DNA from: the human T2T-CHM13v2.0 reference genome, Homo sapiens
Length of the DNA stretch: 64,000 nt
Assembly: GCF_009914755.1 (NCBI RefSeq)
Contig: NC_060928.1
Strand: one strand, 5' to 3'
The notes beneath the pieces were generated by a model. It was not told where the DNA came from. It ran no database searches and saw only the letters and a list, made by a program, of their open reading frames with translations. The translations under genes were made by a program, and so were the position numbers. Positions 1-12,100 of this stretch are shown here, one piece after another. The number at the start of each line of letters is the position of its first letter. Position 1 is the first letter of the stretch.

Positions 1-789
1 ATACATACTTTGGGTACTTTGATATTTTATGTACAGTATATAATGCATACTTTAGGTACTTTGATAGTTTTTGTACAGTATATAATACATACTTTGGGTA
101 CTTTGATATTTTATGTACAGTATATAATACATACTTTGGGTACTTTGATATTTTATGTACAGTATATAATACATACTTTGGGTACTTTGATATTTTATCT
201 ACAGTGTATAATATATACTTTGGGTACTTTGATATATTATGTACAGTATATAATACATACTTTGGGTACTTTGATATTTTATGTACAGTATATAATACAT
301 ACTTTGGGTACTTTGATATTTTATGTACAGTATATAATACATACTTTCGGTACTTTGATATTTTATGTACAGTATATAATATATAGTTTGGGTACTTTGA
401 TATTTTATGTACAGTATATAATACATACTTTGGGTACTTTGATATTTTATGTACAGTATATAATACATACTTTGGGTACTTTGATATTTTATGTACAGTA
501 TATAATATATAGTTTGGGTACTTTGATAATTTATGTACAGTGTATAACACATACTTTGGGTACTTTGATATTTTATGTACAGTATATAATACATACTTTG
601 GGTACTTTGATATTTTATATACAGTATATAATACATACTTTGGGTACTTTCATATTTCATCTACAGTTTATAATATATAGTTTGGGTACTTTGGTATATT
701 ATGTACTGTATATAATACATACTTTGGGTACTTTGATATTTTATGTACAGTATATAATACATACTTTGGGTACTTTGATATTTTATGTA

Positions 790-990
790 CAGTATACAAT
801 ATATACTTTGACTACTTTGATATTTTATGTCCAGTATAGAATATATAGTTTTGGTAGTTTGATATTTTATGTACAGTATATAGTTTGAGTACATTGATAT
901 TTTATGTACACTTTATTATAAATGTTTGGATACTTTCATATTTTATGTACAGTATATAATACATACTTTGGGCACTTTGATATTTTATGT
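790..990 (+). repeat. Higher-order boundary cassette (first of ~95 copies): TATACAA monomer, TATA(A/G)AA..TTTTGG monomer, 35-bp monomer, 41-bp TTATAAATG monomer, GGGCAC monomer
   Basis: The 35-mer GTACAGTATATAGTTTGAGTAC(T/A)TTGATATTTTAT at 871-905 is followed by the 41-mer GTACACTTTATTATAAATGTTTGGATACTTTCATATTTTAT at 906-946. The same pair recurs just before 1631, 2086, 2750, 3834, 4288, 4738, 5193, 6738, 7192 and onward to ~63611. Confidence 0.9.
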
Positions 991-1539
991 ACAGTATACC
1001 ATACATACTTTGGGTACTTTGATATTTTATGTACAGTATATAATACATAATTTGGGTAATTTGATATTTTATGTACAGTGTATAATACATACTTTGGGTA
1101 CTTTGATATTTTATGTACAGTATATAATACATACATTGGGTACTTTGATATATTATGTACAGTATATAATACTTACTTGGGGTACTTTGATATTTTATGT
1201 ACTGTATATAATACATAGTTTGTGTACTTTGATATTTTATGTACAGTATATAATACATACTTTGGGAACTTTGATATTTTATGTACAGTATATAATACAT
1301 ACTTTGGGTATCTTGACATTTTATGTACAGTATATAATGCATACTTTGGGTACTTTGATATTTTATGTACAGTATATAATGCGTACTTTAGGTACTTTGA
1401 TATTTTATGTACAGTATGTAATACATACTTTGGGTACTTTGATATTTTATGTATAGTATATAATACATACTTTGTGTAGTTTGATATTTTATGTACAGTA
1501 TACAATATATAGTTTGAGTACTTTGTTATTTTATGTCCA

Positions 1540-2085
1540 GTATAAAATATATAGTTTTCGTAATTGATATTTTATGTACAGAATATAGTTTGAGTACTTT
1601 GATATTTTATGTACACTTTATTATAAATGTTTGGGTACTTTCAGATTTTATGTACAGTATATAATACATACATTGGTCTCTTTGATGTTTTATGTACAGT
1701 ATATAATACATACTTTGGGTTCTTTGATATTTTATGTACAGAATATAATGCATAGTATTTGGTACTTTTATATTTTATATACAGTATATAATACATACTT
1801 TGGGTACTTTGATATTTTATGTACAGTATATAATACATACTTTGGGAACTTTGATATTTTATGTACAGTATGTAATACATACTTTGGGTACTTTGATATT
1901 TTATGTACAGTATATAATACATAATATTGGTACTTTGATATTTTATGTACAGTATACAATATATAGTTTGAGTACTTTGATATTTTATGTCCAGTATAAA
2001 ATATATAGATTTCATAGTTTGATATTTTATGTACTGAATGTAGTTTGAGTACTTTGATATTTTATGTACACTTTATTATAAAAGT
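1540..2085 (+). repeat. Unit type A (GGTCTC unit), first of 14 copies
   Basis: A 41-bp TTTTC(G/C)TAATTG monomer, the boundary pair, TTGGTCTCTTTGATG, GGGTTCTTTG and a 43-bp AGAATATAATGCATAGTTTTAGG-type monomer. Unit starts at 1631, 4738, 9215, 15491, 18549, 23469, 26669, 29787, 32484, 42668, 47944, 53951, 60186 and 63241 (ORF-track peptide 'TLVSLMF'). Confidence 0.88.
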
Positions 2086-2480
2086 TTGGGTACTTTCATA
2101 TTTTACGTACAGTATATAATACATACTTTGGGCACTTTTATGTTTTATGTACAGTATATAATACATACTTTGGGTTCTTTGATATTTTATGTACAGCATA
2201 TAATACATAATTTGGGGACTTTTATATTTTATGTACATTATATTATACATACTTTGGGTACTTTTATATTTTATGTACGGTATATAATACATACTTTGGG
2301 TACTTTGATATATTATGTACAGTATATAATACATACTTTGGGTACTTTGATATATTATGTACTGTATATAATACATACTAAGGGTACTTTGACATTTTAT
2401 GTACAGTACATAATACATACTTTGGGTACTTTGATATTTTATGTACAGTATATAATGCATACTTTGGATACTTTGATATT
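2060..2480 (+). repeat. Unit type B (TATAAAAGTTTGGG / TTTACGTAC / AATTTGGGGAC unit), first of ~15 full copies
   Basis: The same ordered variants occur at 2086, 5193, 7560, 15946, 20730, 23924, 27082, 32939, ~36358, 38519, 43123, 44947, 48357, 52331 and 60641. Only the first monomers are present at 12828, 50761 and 57523. This unit usually follows type A directly. Confidence 0.85.
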
Positions 2481-5400
2481 TTATGTACAGTATATAATAC
2501 ATACTTTGGGTACTTTGATATTTTATGTACAGTATGTAATACATAATTTGGGTAATTTAATATTTTATTTATAGTATATAATACATACTTTGGGTACCTT
2601 GATATTTTATGGACAGTGTATAATACATACTTTGGGTACTCTGATATTTTATGTACAGTGTATAATATATAGTTTGGGTACTTTGATAATTTATGTGCAG
2701 TATATAGTTTGAGTACTTTGATATTTTATGTACAGTTTATTATCAATGTTTGGTTACTTTCACATTTTATGTACAGTATATAATACATAATTTGGGCACT
2801 TTGATATTTTATGTACAGTATATAATACATACTTTGGGTACTTTTGTATTTTATGTACAGTATATAATACATAGTTTGGGTACTTTGATATTTAATGTAT
2901 AGTATATAATACACACTTTGCGTACTTTGATATTTTATGTAAAGTATGTAATACATACTTTGGGTACTTTGATATTTTATGTACACTATGTAATACACAC
3001 TTTGGGTACTTTGATATGTTATGTACAGTATGTAAAACATACTTTGGGTAGTTTGGTATTTTATGATCAGTATATAATACATATTTTGGGTACTTTGATA
3101 TTTTATGTACAGTATATAATACATACTTTGGGTACTTTGATAGTTTATGTACAGTATATAATGCATAATTTGGATACTTTTATAGTTTATGCACAGTATA
3201 TAATACATACTTTGGGTACTTTGATATTTTATCTACAGTATATAATGCATACTTTGTGTACTTTGATAGTTTATGTACAGTATACAATACATACTTTGGG
3301 TACTTTGATATTTTATGTACAGTATATAATATGTAGTTTGGGTACTTTGATATTTTAACTACAGTATATAATACATACTTTGGGTACTTTGATATTTTAT
3401 CTACAGTATATAATACATACTTTGGGTACTTTGACATATCATGTACAGTATATAATACATAGTTTGGGTACTTTGCTATTTTTTGTACAGTATGTAAAAC
3501 ATAATTTGGGGAGTTTGATATTTTATGAACAGTATATAATACACATTTTGGGTACTTTGATATTTTATGTACAGTATATAATACATACTTTGGGTACTTT
3601 GATATTTTATGTACAGTATATAATACATACTTTGGGTACTTTGATATTTTATGTACAGTATATAATACATACATTGGGTACTTCGATATTTTATGTGCAG
3701 TACACTATATATAGTTTGGGTACTTTGATATTTTATGTCCAGTATAAAATAAATAGTTTTGGTACTTTGATATTTTATGTACAGTATATAGTTTGAGTAC
3801 TTTGATATTTAATGTACAGTTTATTATAAATGTTTGGGTGCTTTCATATTTTATATACAGTATATAATACATACTTTGGGCACTTTGATATTTTATGTAC
3901 AGTATATAATACATTCTTTGGGTACTTTCATATTTTATGTACGGTATATAATACATACATTGGGTACTTTGATATTTTATGTACAGTATATAATATATAG
4001 TTTGGGTACTTTGATATTTTATATACAGTATATAATATATATTATGTGTACTTTGATATATTATGTACAGTATATAATATATAGTTTGGGTTGTTTGATA
4101 TTTTATGTACAGTATATAATATATAGTTTGGGTAGTTTGATATTTTAAGTAGAGTTTGTAATATATACTTTGTGTAATTTAATATTTTATGTACAGTATA
4201 CAATATATAGTATTGGTACTTTGATATTTCATGTAAAGTATATAGTTTGAGTACTTTGATATTTTATATAGAGTTTATTATAAAAGTTTGGGTACCTTCA
4301 TATTTTATGTACAGTATATAATACATACTTTGGGAACTTTTATTTTATGTGCAGTATATAATACATACTTTGGGTACTTTGATATTTTATGTGCAGTATA
4401 TAATACACACTTTGGGGACTTTGATATTTTATGTACAGTATATAATACACACTTTGGGTACTTTGATATTTTATGTACAGTATATAATACATACTTGGGT
4501 ACTTTGATATTTTTTGTACAGTATATAATACATACTTTGGGTACTTTAATATTTTATGTATAGTATATAATACATACTTTGTGTAGTTTGATATTTTATG
4601 TACAGTATACAATATATAGTTTGAGTACTTTGATATTTTATGTCCAGTATAAAATATATAGTTTTCCTAATTGATATTTTATGTACAGAATATAGTTTGA
4701 GTACATTGATATTTTATGTACACTTTATTATAAATGTTTGGGTACTTTCATATTTTATGTACAGTATATAATACATACTTTGGTCTCTTTGATGTTTTAT
4801 GTACAGTATATAATACATACTTTGGGTTCTTTGATATTTTATGTGCAGAATATAATGCATAGTTTTAGGTACTTTTATATTTTATGTACAGTATATAATA
4901 CATACTTTGGGTACTTTGATATTTTATGTACAGTATACAATACATACTTTGGGAACTTTGATATTTTATGTACAGTATGTAATACATACTTTGGGTACTT
5001 TGATATTTTATGTACAGTATATAATACATATTATTGGTACTTTGATATTTTATGTACAGTATACAATATATAGTTTGAGTACTTTGATATTTTATGTCCA
5101 GTATAAAATACATAGATTTCATACTTTGATATTTTATGTACAGAATATAGTTTGAGTACTTTGATATTTTATGTACACTTTATCATAAAAGTTTGGGTAC
5201 TTTCATATTTTACGTACAGTATATAATACATACTTTGGGCACTTTGATGTTTTATGTACAGTATATAATACATACTTTGTGTTCTTTGATATGTTATGTA
5301 CAGCATATAGTACATAATTTGGGGACTTTTATATTTTATGTACATTATATAATACATACTTTGGGTACTTTTATATTTTATGTATGGTATATAATGCATA

Positions 5401-6129
5401 CTTTGGGTACTTTGATATATTATGTACAGTATATAATACATACTTTGCGTACTTTGATATATTATGTACAGTATATAATACATACTTAGGGTACTTTGAC
5501 ATTTTATGTACAGTACATAATACATACTTTGGGTACTTTGATATTTTATGTACAGTATATAATACATACTTTGTGTACTTTGATATTTTATGTACAGTAT
5601 AAAATACATATTTTGGGTACTTTTATATTTTATGTACAGTATATAATATATAGTTTGGGTACTTTGATATTTTATGTACGGTATATAATACATACTTTGG
5701 GTACTTTGATATTTTATGTACAGTATATAATACATACTTTTGTACTTTGATATTTTATGTACAGTATATAATACATACTTTGGGTACTTTGATATTTAAT
5801 GTACAGTATATAATACACACTTTGCGTACTTTGATATTTTATGTAAAGTATGTAATACATACTTTGGGTACTTTGATATTTTATGTACAGTATGTAATAC
5901 ACACTTTGGGTACTTTGATATTTTATGTAAAGTATGTAAAACATACTTTGGGTAGTTTGGTATTTTATGATCATTATATAATACATATTTTGGGTACTTT
6001 GATATTTTATGTACAGTATATAATACATACTTTGGGTACTTTGATATTTTATGTACAGTATATAATGCATAATTTGGGTACTTCAATAGTTTATGCACAG
6101 CATATAATACATATTTTGGGTAATTTGAT

Positions 6130-9100
6130 ATTTTATGTACAGTATATAATGCATACTTTGGGTACTTTGATAGTTTATGTACAGTATACAATACATACTT
6201 TGGGTACTTTGATATTTTTTGTACAGTATATAATATGTAGTTTGGGTACTTTGATATTTTAACTGCAGTATATAATACATACTTTGGGTACTTTGATATT
6301 TTATCTACAGTATATAATAGATACTTTGGGTACTTTGATATATTATGTACAGTATATAATACATAGTTTGGTTACTTTGATATTTTTTCTACAGTATGTA
6401 AATCATACTTTGGGGAGTTTGATATTTTATGAAAAGTATATAATACACATTTTGGGTACTTTGATATTTTATGTACGGTATATAATACATACTTTGGGTA
6501 CTTTGATATTTTATGTACAGTATATAATTCATACTTTGGGTACTTTGATATTTTATGTACAGTATATAATACATACATTGGGTACTTCGATATTTTATGT
6601 GCAGTAACCTATGTATAGTTTGGGTACTTTGATATTTTATGTCCAGTATAAAATAAATAGTTTTGGTACTTTGATATTTTATGTACAGTATATAGTTTGA
6701 GTACTTTCATATTTAATGTTCAGTTTATTATAAATGTTTGGGTGCTTTCATATTTTATATACAGTATATAATACATACTTTGGGCACTTTGATATTTTCT
6801 GTACAGTATATAATACATACTTTGGGTACTTTGATATTTTATGTACGGTATATAATACATACATTGGGTACTTTGATATTTTATGTACAGTATATAATAT
6901 ATAGTTTGGTTACTTTGATATTTTATATACAGTATATAATATATATTATCTGTACTTTGATAAATTATGTACAGTATATAATATATAGTATGGGTTGTTT
7001 GATATTTTATGTACAGTATATAATATATAGTTTGGGTAGTTTGATATTTTTAGTACAGTATGTAATATATAGTTTGTTTTATTTGATATTTTATGTACAG
7101 TATACAATATATAGTGTTGGTACTTTGATATTTCATGTAAAGTATATAATTTGAGTACTTTGATATTTTATATGCAGTTTATTATAAATGTTTGGGTACC
7201 TTCATATTTTATGTACAGTATATAATACATACTTTGGGAACTTTTATTTTATGTGCAGTATATAATACATACTTTGGGTACTTTGATATTTTATGTACAG
7301 TATATAATATATACTTTGGGAACTTTGATATTTTATGTACAGTATGTAAAACATACTTCGGGTACTTTGATATTTTATGTACAGTACATAATACATACTA
7401 TTGGTACTTTGATATTTTATGTACATTATACAATATATAGTTTGAGTACTTTGATATTTTATGTCCAGGATAAAATATATAGATTTCATACTTTAATATT
7501 TTATGTACAGAAGATAGTTTGAGTACTTTGATATTGTATGTACACTTTATTATAAAAGTTTGGGTACTTTCATATTTTACGTACAGTACATAATACACAC
7601 TTTGGGCACTTTGATGTTTTATGTACAGTATATAATACATACTTTAGGTTCTTTTATATTTTATGTACAGCATATAATACAAAATTTGGGGACTTTTATA
7701 TTTTATGTACATTATATAATACATACTTTGGGTACTTTTATATTTTATGTACGGTATATAATACATACTTTGGGTACTTTGATATATTATGTATAGTATA
7801 TAATACATACTTAGGGTACTTTGACATTTTATATACAGTATATAATACATACTTTGGGTACTTTGATATTTTATGAACAGTATATAAAACATACTTTGGG
7901 TACTTTGATATTTTATGTACTGTATATAATACATACTTTGGGTACTTTTATATTTTATGTGCAGTATATAATATATAGTTTGGGTACTTTGATATTTTAT
8001 GTACGGTATATAATACATACGTTGGGTACTTTGATATTTTATGTATAGTATATAATACATTCTTTGGGTACTTTGATATTGTATGTACAGTATACAATAT
8101 ATAGTTTGAGTACTTTGATATTTTATGTACTGTATAAAATATATAGTTTTGGTACTTTGATATTTTATGTATAGTATATAGTTTGAGTACTTTGATATTT
8201 TATGTACAGTTTTTTATAAATATTTGGGTGCTTTCATATTTTATGTACAGTATATAATACATACAAAGCGCACTTTGATATTTTATGTACAGTATATAAT
8301 ACATACTTTGGGTACTCTGATATTTTATGTACAGTGTATAATACATACTTTGGGTACTTTGATATTTTATGTACAATATATAATACATACGTTGGGAACT
8401 TTGATATATTATGTACAGTATATAATTCATACTTTGGGTACTTTGATATTTTATGTACAGTATATAATACATAGTTTGTGTACTTTGATATTTTATGTAC
8501 AGTATATAATACATACTTTGGGTACTTTGATATTTTATATACAGTATATAATACATACTTTGGGTACTTTCATATTTTATGTACAGTATATAATACATAC
8601 TTTGGGTAGTTTCATATTTTATGTACAGTATACAATATATAGTTTGAGTACTTTGATATTTTATGTGCAGTATAAAATATATAGTTTTGGTACTTTGATA
8701 TTTTATGTACAGTTTATAGTTTGAATACTTTGATATTTTATGTACAGTTTATTATAAATGTTTGGGTACTTTCATATTTGATGTACAGTATATAATACAT
8801 AATCTGGGCACTTTGATATTTTATGTACAGTATATAATACATACTTTGGGTACTTTGATATTTTATGTACAGTATATAATACATACTTTGGGTATCTTGA
8901 TATTTTATGTACAGTATATAATGCATACTTTGGGTTCTTTGATATTTTATGTACAGTATATAATGCATACTTTGAGTACTTTGATATTTTATATACAGTA
9001 TATAATACATACTTTCGGTACTTTCATATTTTATGTACAGTATATAATACATACTTTGTGTAGTTTCATATTTTATGTACAGTATACAATATATAGTTTG

Positions 9101-12100
9101 AGTACTTTGATATTTTATGTCCAGTATAAAATATATAGTTTTCGTAATTGATATTTTATGTACAGAATATAGTTTGAGTACTTTGATATTTTATGTACAC
9201 TTTATTATAAATGTTTGGGTACTTTCATATTTTATGTACAGTATATAATACATACTTTGGTCTCTTTGATGTTTTATGTACAGTATATAATACATACTTT
9301 GGGTTCTTTGATATTTTATGTGCAGAATATAATGCATAGTTTTAGGTACTTTTATATTTTATGTACAGTATATAATACATACTTTTCGTACTTTGATATT
9401 TTATGTACAGTATATAATACATACTTTGGGTACTTTTATATTTTATGTACAGTATATAATACATACTTTGGGTACTTTGATATATTATGTACAGTATATA
9501 ATACATAATTTGTCTACTGTGATATATTATGTACAGTATATAATACATACTTTGGGTACTTTGATATTTTATGTACAGAATATAATGCATACTTTGGGTA
9601 CTTTGATATTTTATGTACAGTATATAATACATACTTTGGGTACTTTGATATTTTATGTACAGTATATAATACATACTTTGGTACTTTTATATTTCATGTA
9701 CAGTATATAATATATAGTTTGGGTACTTTGATATTTTATGTACAGTATATAATATATAGTTTGGGTACTTTGATATTTTATGTACGGTATATAATACATA
9801 CTTTGGGTACTTTGATATTTTATGTATAGTATATAATACATACTTTGGGTACTTTGATATTGTATGTACAGTATACAATATATAGTTTGAGTACTTTGAT
9901 ATTTTATGTACTGTATAAAATATATAGTTTTGGTACTTTGATATTTTATGTATAGTATATAGTTTGAGTACTTTGATATTTTATGTACAGTTTTTTATAA
10001 ATATTTGGGTGCTTTCTTATTTTATGTACAGTATATAATACATACTTTGGTACTTTTATATTTCATGTACAGTATATAATATATAGTTTGGGTACTTTGA
10101 TATTTTATGTACAGTATAGAATACATACTTTGGTTACTCTGATATTTTATGTACAGTGTATAATACATACTTTGGGTACTTTGATATTTTATGTACAATA
10201 TATAATACATACGTTGGGAACTTTGATATATTATGTACAGTATATAATTCATACTTTGGGTACTTTGATATTTTATGTACAGTATATAATGCATAGTTTC
10301 TGTACTTTGATATTTTATGTACAGTATATAATACATACTTTGGGTACTTTGATATTTTATATACAGTATATAATACATACTTTGGGTACTTTCATATTTT
10401 ATGTACAGTATATAATATATAGTTTGGGTACTTTGATATTTTATCTACAGCTTCTAATACATACTTTGGGTACTTTGATATTTTATGTACAGTATATAAT
10501 ACATACTTTGGGTAGTTTGATATTTTATGTATAGTATACAATATATAGTTTGAGTACTTTCATATTTTATCTGCAGTATAAAATATATAGTTTTGGTACT
10601 TTGATATTTTATGTACAGTTTATAGTTTGAGTACTTTGATATTTTATGTACAGTTTATTATAAATGTTTGGGTACTTTCATATTTGATGTACAGTATATA
10701 ATACATAATTTGGGCACTTTGATATTTTATGTACAGTATATAATACATACTTTGGGTACTTTTATATTTTATGTTCAGTATATAATACATAATTTGGGTA
10801 CTTTGATATTTAATGTACAGTATATAATACACACTTTGCGTACTTTGATATTTTATGTAAAGCATGTAATACATACTTTGGGCACTTTGATATTTTATGT
10901 ACAGTATGTAATACACACTTTGGGTACTTTGATATTTTATGTACAGTATGTAAAAGATACTTTGGGTAGTTTGATATATTATGTACAGTATATAATACAT
11001 ACTTTGGGTACTCTGATATTTTATGTACAGTGTATAATACATACTTTGGGTACTTTGATATTTTATGTACAGTATATAATACATACATTGGGTACTTTGA
11101 TATATTATGTACAGTATATAATACTTACTTGGGGTACTTTGATATTTTATGTACAGTATATAATACATACTTTGTGTACTTTGATATTTTATGTACAGTA
11201 TATAATACATACTTTGGGTACTTTGATATTTTATGTACAGTATATAATACATACTTTGGGTATCTTGATATTTTATATACAGTATATAATGCATACTTTG
11301 GGTACTTTGATATTTTATGTACAGTATATAATGCATAATTTGAGTACTTTGATATTTTATGTACAGCATGTAATACATACTTTGGGTACTTTGATATTTT
11401 TTGTACAGTATGTAATACATAATTTGGGTACTTTAATATTTTATGTATAGTATATAATACATACTTCGGGTTCTTTGATATTTTATGTACAGTATATAAT
11501 ACATACATTGGGTACCTTCATATTTCATGTACAGTATATAATATATAGTTTGTATACTTTGGTATATTATGTACTGAATATAATACATACTTTGAGTACT
11601 TTGATATTTTATGTACAGTATATAATACATACTTTGCGTACTTTGATATTTTATGTCCAGTATAGAATATATAGTTTTGGTAGTTTGATATTTTATGTAC
11701 AGTATATAGTTTGAGTACTTTCACATTTTATGTACAGTTTATTATAAATGTTTGGGTGTTTTCATATTTTATGTACTGTATATAATACATACATTGGGCA
11801 CTTTGATATATTATGTACAGTATATAATACATACTTTGGGTACTCTGATATTTTATGTACAGTATATAATACACACTTTGGGTACTTTGATATTTTATGT
11901 ACAGGATATAATGCATACTTTGGGTACTTTGATAGTTTATGTACAGTATATAATACATACTTTGGGTACTTTGATATTCTATGTATAGTATAAAATATAC
12001 AGTTTGGGTACTTTGATATTTTATGTACAGTATGTAAAACATACTTTGGGGAGTTTGATATTTTATGTACAGTATGTAAAACATACTTTGGGGAGTTTGA

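Larger units (their letters stand above)
1050..2680 (+). repeat. ~1.6-kb block duplicated at ~14910-16540 (offset 13860) and again at ~59600-61235
   Basis: ORF offsets 1173/15033, 1631/15491 and 2086/15946 all equal 13860. The blocks share the private variants CATTGGTCTC, GGTATCTTGACATT and CATAGTA(T/A). Confidence 0.85.

Noticed and set aside
915-923. TATAAA/TATATAA TATA-box-like motifs in boundary monomers and AATAAA-like motifs (e.g. ~3748)
   Set aside because: Expected by chance in 76% AT repeats, and there is no downstream gene or other promoter context. HSat1A transcription cannot be inferred from this sequence.
5486-5491. TTAGGG telomeric hexamers (about 11 isolated copies, e.g. 5486, 7812, 14407, 24217, 45408)
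   Set aside because: They are single T-to-A variants of consensus TTTGGG propagated by block duplication and are never tandem, so this is not interstitial telomeric sequence.
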